Origin: Gemmataceae bacterium
Lineage (GTDB): Bacteria; Planctomycetota; Planctomycetia; Gemmatales; Gemmataceae
Assembly (NCBI GenBank): GCA_046350235.1
Contig: JAXMAT010000015.1
Span: forward strand, 14,171-78,170
Reading direction: 5' to 3'
Length of the DNA: 64,000 nt
How positions within the stretch are numbered: position 1 is the stretch's first letter; every line of letters starts with the position of its first letter. This document shows, piece by piece, positions 61,139 through 64,000 of this stretch. The translations under genes were made by a program, and so were the position numbers. The notes beneath the pieces are model-generated. The model did no database searches. It saw only the letters and a program-made list of their open reading frames with translations, and was not told where the DNA came from.

Positions 61139-61945
61139 TCAGGCGAAGTACGTGTTGGTCTTACCGTACTCCGCATACTTCTTGCGAAGCCAGGGAATAA
61201 ACTCGCCGTAGTGAATATCTCGAAGGTCCCCATCCGAAGCCGCGTTGTAGCTCGCATAGAGCAAACGCCGCCAGTTCGACGACCGATTGGGCTCCGAGCG
61301 ATGCGGCGTGAAGCATCCGAAAAACGCCACGTCGCCCGGTTCGAGTTCGAGCGGAACTGCCTTCGCCTCATCCACCGTCTCGCGCGGCAACGGATGGTAT
61401 TCGCCATCCTCCGGCGTCAGGCAGCCCTTCAGGTGATACCCGGGATATGCGATGGTGCAGCCGTTCTCCAGCGAGCACGGATCGATCGCGATCGCCGCAG
61501 TCATGAACGAGCGGGGAAAGTTAGGCCAAGAGATGAAATCCTGATGCAGGTCGTACCCCGTCGCCCCCGGCGGCTTGAAGATGAGCTTGTCCTTGAAGAG
61601 CTTGGCTGGTTCGCCGTAAAGCTGTTCGAGAATCGCAAACAACTTGGGATGCAGGGCAATCTCCCGGCACGCTGGCGACAGATCGATGACCGGATCAAAC
61701 GTCTCGAACACGCATTCGCCGTCGGTGCAGCGATTCTGCCAACGGCACCGAAGGTTGCGGGTATCGATCAGGTCCTTGCGTACAACGAGCCCTTCCGCGT
61801 CGGCCGCCACATTCGCGATCTCGTCAGCATCAAAGACGCCGCGAACGACGAGAAAGCCGTCCTCCGCGAATCGGCGGACGTTGATGGTGACGGAGTTCGA
61901 TGCAGGGGCGGCTGCAATCACGAGAAGACCTCGATGATATGACAT
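61139..61945 (-). CDS. Phytanoyl-CoA dioxygenase (PhyH) family Fe(II)/2OG oxygenase
   Basis: 'FAEDGFLVVRGVFDADEI', 'YDLHQDF' (HxD) and 'GDVAFFGCFTPHRSEPNRS' (distal His and Arg). I prefer ATG 61945 over the track's start at 62104. Confidence 0.8.
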   Translation of the reverse strand: MSYHRGLLVIAAAPASNSVTINVRRFAEDGFLVVRGVFDADEIANVAADAEGLVVRKDLIDTRNLRCRWQNRCTDGECVFETFDPVIDLSPACREIALHPKLFAILEQLYGEPAKLFKDKLIFKPPGATGYDLHQDFISWPNFPRSFMTAAIAIDPCSLENGCTIAYPGYHLKGCLTPEDGEYHPLPRETVDEAKAVPLELEPGDVAFFGCFTPHRSEPNRSSNWRRLLYASYNAASDGDLRDIHYGEFIPWLRKKYAEYGKTNTYFA

Positions 61946-62151
61946 CTGCCCAGATGTTATACTGTTGCGGCAATGGAGGCAACCAAAAAGCGGCGGCTCA
62001 CTGTTCTGCTGGCTTCCAAACGCGGAAAGAACAATCGCGACTGGTTCGGCAATTCTCTTGGGAAGCAGCCCACAGCCGCTCTCGGTTTGGTTGCGGCTTT
62101 TCAAATTCAGCTTCGAGTACCGTAGACCGTAGACACGAGGGCAGATAGCGC

Positions 62152-62397
62152 TCAGCTTGTGGCTGACCGAACCATTGCCGTGATAGCGGCTCGGATGGGT
62201 TCAGGGAGCGCTGGCCACAAATCAGCGATCATAGCCAAACGAGGGTCGGAGAACACGCGGTTGCGCTGTGCGCCGGATTCTGCGCCGCTTGGCCCCAAAC
62301 TTTCGCTGTTTCCCGAGGAATGATGGGGTGGTTCGATTCCCATAGGCTCTACACCAAGCTTGCTCAGCACGAAAGAAAGACAGCCTCGAAGCACCAT
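62152..62397 (-). CDS. Doubtful small ORF; only the C-terminal 'DPRLAMIADLWPALPEPIRAAITAMVRSATS' looks protein-like
   Basis: The N-terminal part overlaps the tRNA-like fragment ('GIEPP' is a T-loop read in reverse). This may be a truncated island gene. Confidence 0.25.
   Translation of the reverse strand: MVLRGCLSFVLSKLGVEPMGIEPPHHSSGNSESLGPSGAESGAQRNRVFSDPRLAMIADLWPALPEPIRAAITAMVRSATS
62323..62356 (+). other. tRNA 3'-end-like fragment (T-arm plus acceptor 3' strand), candidate att site
   Basis: The sequence is ATGGG-GTGG-TTCGATT-CCCAT-AGGCTCT-ACACCA. The T-loop TTCGATT and the CCCAT/ATGGG stem are present, but a 4-nt interruption splits them. No matching acceptor 5' strand (AGAGCCT), D arm or anticodon arm occurs upstream. 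Confidence 0.3.
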
Positions 62398-62427
62398 GCT
62401 CCGAGGGTTGTCTTTGGTTAACGGCGG

Positions 62428-63679
62428 CTACCCCATCTTCGCCGCCACTTCGGCCGCCCGCCGCAGATCTATGCCCGCGTAATGCAGCGTCATGTTCAGC
62501 GTTCGATGCCCCAGCGTTGCCCGTGCTGCCTCGGCTCCTTGCTCCCGCTCGATAAGCAACGCCGCGGTGTGGCGGAGTTGGTGAGGGTGCTAGTGAGCCG
62601 CACCAGCCTTCTTGCACGCACGGGCAATCGCGCGGGCGTAAGCGGTGGGACCGAATTTCGCCTTAGGCTTTCGTACCGCGCCCCGCTTGCTTCGGTAGAG
62701 TTGCGAGGGCTGCACCGGCGTCTTGCGGGCGGCCCGCTTTGCCGCTTTGATCTCGGCGTCCTGGCGAGCCGGGCTAAAGACGTATTCCTGTGCCGTAACC
62801 GCATCGAGGTGGCGAAGGAGGGCAGCCTGAGCCTTGGGCCCGACAGCGATGGCTCGCACATGGCCGTGGTGGGCAGTCTTGTGGCTGGAGGGCCGGTAGA
62901 TCCAAATCTCTTGCGTTCGCTCGATGTCGCACGGCCGCATGGCACATACCTCTCCGGGCCTGGCTCCCGTTCGCAGTTGAAAGAGGACCATGTCGTGGAT
63001 ATGCGGGGGCAGTTCTTCGAGCGTCTTCTGCACCACATTTGGATCGACGGGCAGAACCGGTTCGGCTTCCCTCGCCCCCCGGCCTCGCTTTATCGGTGCG
63101 ACCGATTGCAGTTCGACGAACTGCATGGGGGGGCGAGCTTCTCGCTGACCGCCCATTTGAACAGAGACCGAATTCGAGAGACATGCTGGTTCACGAGTCG
63201 GCGGCACCAACCGATCGCTTTTTGGTTCTTGGTTCGTGCGTCGCGTTCCTTCGCGGTAAGCCACGATCCAGTAACCATGGCGCGTTGGACTGCTTTCAAT
63301 TCGAGTGGGCCGAAGCTGCTCGCAAGCGTTCCGCCGTAAAGGCGGAGAAACGGAGCGAGAGCAACTTTGAAGTTCCGCTGTTCCGTGGTCGGTGAACCGT
63401 CGTGATCAACGTAATCCGCTTCGAGCTTCTTTTCCGTGAACGAGACGACCAGTTCGTTGACCGTAACATCCGCGCCGCCACCGGGTATGGGCAGCTTGCC
63501 GCCGTTGGTACGGAGCAGGGCAAGCAGACGCTCATACTCGGCGGGCTTTCCGAGGAGTTGAAGAGGCCGGGAAGGAGAACCTCTTTTGAACGGCCAAGGT
63601 GGTCCGAAACCACGATTCTGGCTCGTCCGGTTTGCTTGTGGCGAAGATAGGTAGGGACGGACTTGCGCGGACGCGGCAT
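62428..63679 (-). pseudogene. Tyrosine recombinase / phage-type integrase, decayed (at least 2 frameshifts plus an in-frame TAG)
   Basis: The pieces are 'MPRPRKSVPTYLRHKQTGRARIV' (ATG 63679), 'LGKPAEYERLLALLRTNGG...FKWAVSEKL', and 'LFQLRTGARPGEVCAMR...HKTAHHGHVRAIAVGP...ACKKAGAAH*HPHQLRHTAALLIEREQGAEAARATLGHRTLNMTLHYAGID'. The TAG at 62590-62592 occupies the Trp of the usual 'HWHPHQLRH' box. The R..HxxR..Y catalytic pattern is present. Confidence 0.8.
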
Positions 63680-64000
63680 GGCTTCCTCGAGGTTTTTTGG
63701 AACCTTCCAAGGAATCCTGGCTTCTTGCCGCACTCCCGAACGTCGGGGGGGTAAGGCGTAACCGCTTCAGCAGACAGGACTTAAATCAAGTCGGGGCGAC
63801 CGGCGATTCACATTTCCTGACGAGCTGACGACGCCTAGGCTCTTTTCGCTTGCGATTGCGCAAGTCGAAGTGTTCACGGCAGATTCGTTCTACCGCGCAG
63901 CGGAAGCTGTGACGTTGAAAACGGATTAGCCCGTAGGCAAGACTCAGCCCTCCTCATCGGATTACCTCCGGTTGGGAGTACGAACGATGAACGAAAAGGC

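Noticed and set aside
62261-62366. A complete tRNA gene at the T-loop-like 'GGTTCGATTCC'.
   Set aside because: No complementary acceptor 5' strand, D arm or anticodon arm can be drawn, and the T stem is interrupted by 4 nt. It is kept only as a possible att remnant.
35818-62592. Stop-codon reassignment (TAG or TGA read as sense) as the explanation for the in-frame stops.
   Set aside because: All three stop codons terminate intact, well-supported genes here. TAG ends the genes at 2378, 27742 and 59882. TGA ends those at 9837, 24898 and 31587. TAA ends those at 3874, 4991 and 16429. The in-frame TAGs also align to different residues (Trp, Gln).
1-64000. Uniform long-read sequencing error as the sole cause of all frameshifts.
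   Set aside because: Not fully excluded without reads. However, lesions cluster in accessory genes while several intact genes of roughly 1.5-2.6 kb are untouched. Several disruptions are base substitutions creating stops, internal deletions or truncations rather than homopolymer indels.

Overview
High-GC bacterial chromosomal segment. The gene content points to Planctomycetota: PSCyt/DUF1549/DUF1553 plus DUF1501 genes, a DUF1559 prepilin-like protein with its usual lipoprotein partner, and a giant exoprotein with an N-terminal 'LEDRVVLAAS' motif. Well-supported intact genes include alpha-glucan phosphorylase, peptidase T, an MFS/acyltransferase fusion, a secreted non-specific nuclease, an alpha/beta hydrolase, a trypsin-like protease, a lid-less Hsp70, a PQQ beta-propeller, a PhyH dioxygenase, an ArsR regulator and a six-loop EF-hand protein. 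Four things stand out. (1) Gene decay is dense but clustered. Frameshifts and in-frame stops at conserved positions hit specific accessory genes, while five genes of about 1.5-2.6 kb stay intact. (2) A roughly 10 kb adhesin-like locus (35.66-45.54 kb) combines delta-60 repeats, PKD/cadherin-like Ig domains and a terminal array of seven ~212 bp repeats encoding an unrecognised ~70 aa module. (3) An ArsR-linked minus-strand cluster carries two tandem ArsI/CadI-type VOC domains fused to a methyltransferase-like module that lacks motif I. (4) Five families of paired inverted-repeat (REP/BIME-like) intergenic elements are present. A decayed tyrosine integrase next to a tRNA 3'-end-like fragment marks a probable island border near 62.3-63.7 kb. 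No rRNA genes, CRISPR arrays or complete tRNAs were found. Many long ORFs in the supplied track are antisense shadows of real genes. All family assignments come from reading motifs by eye, with no database search.
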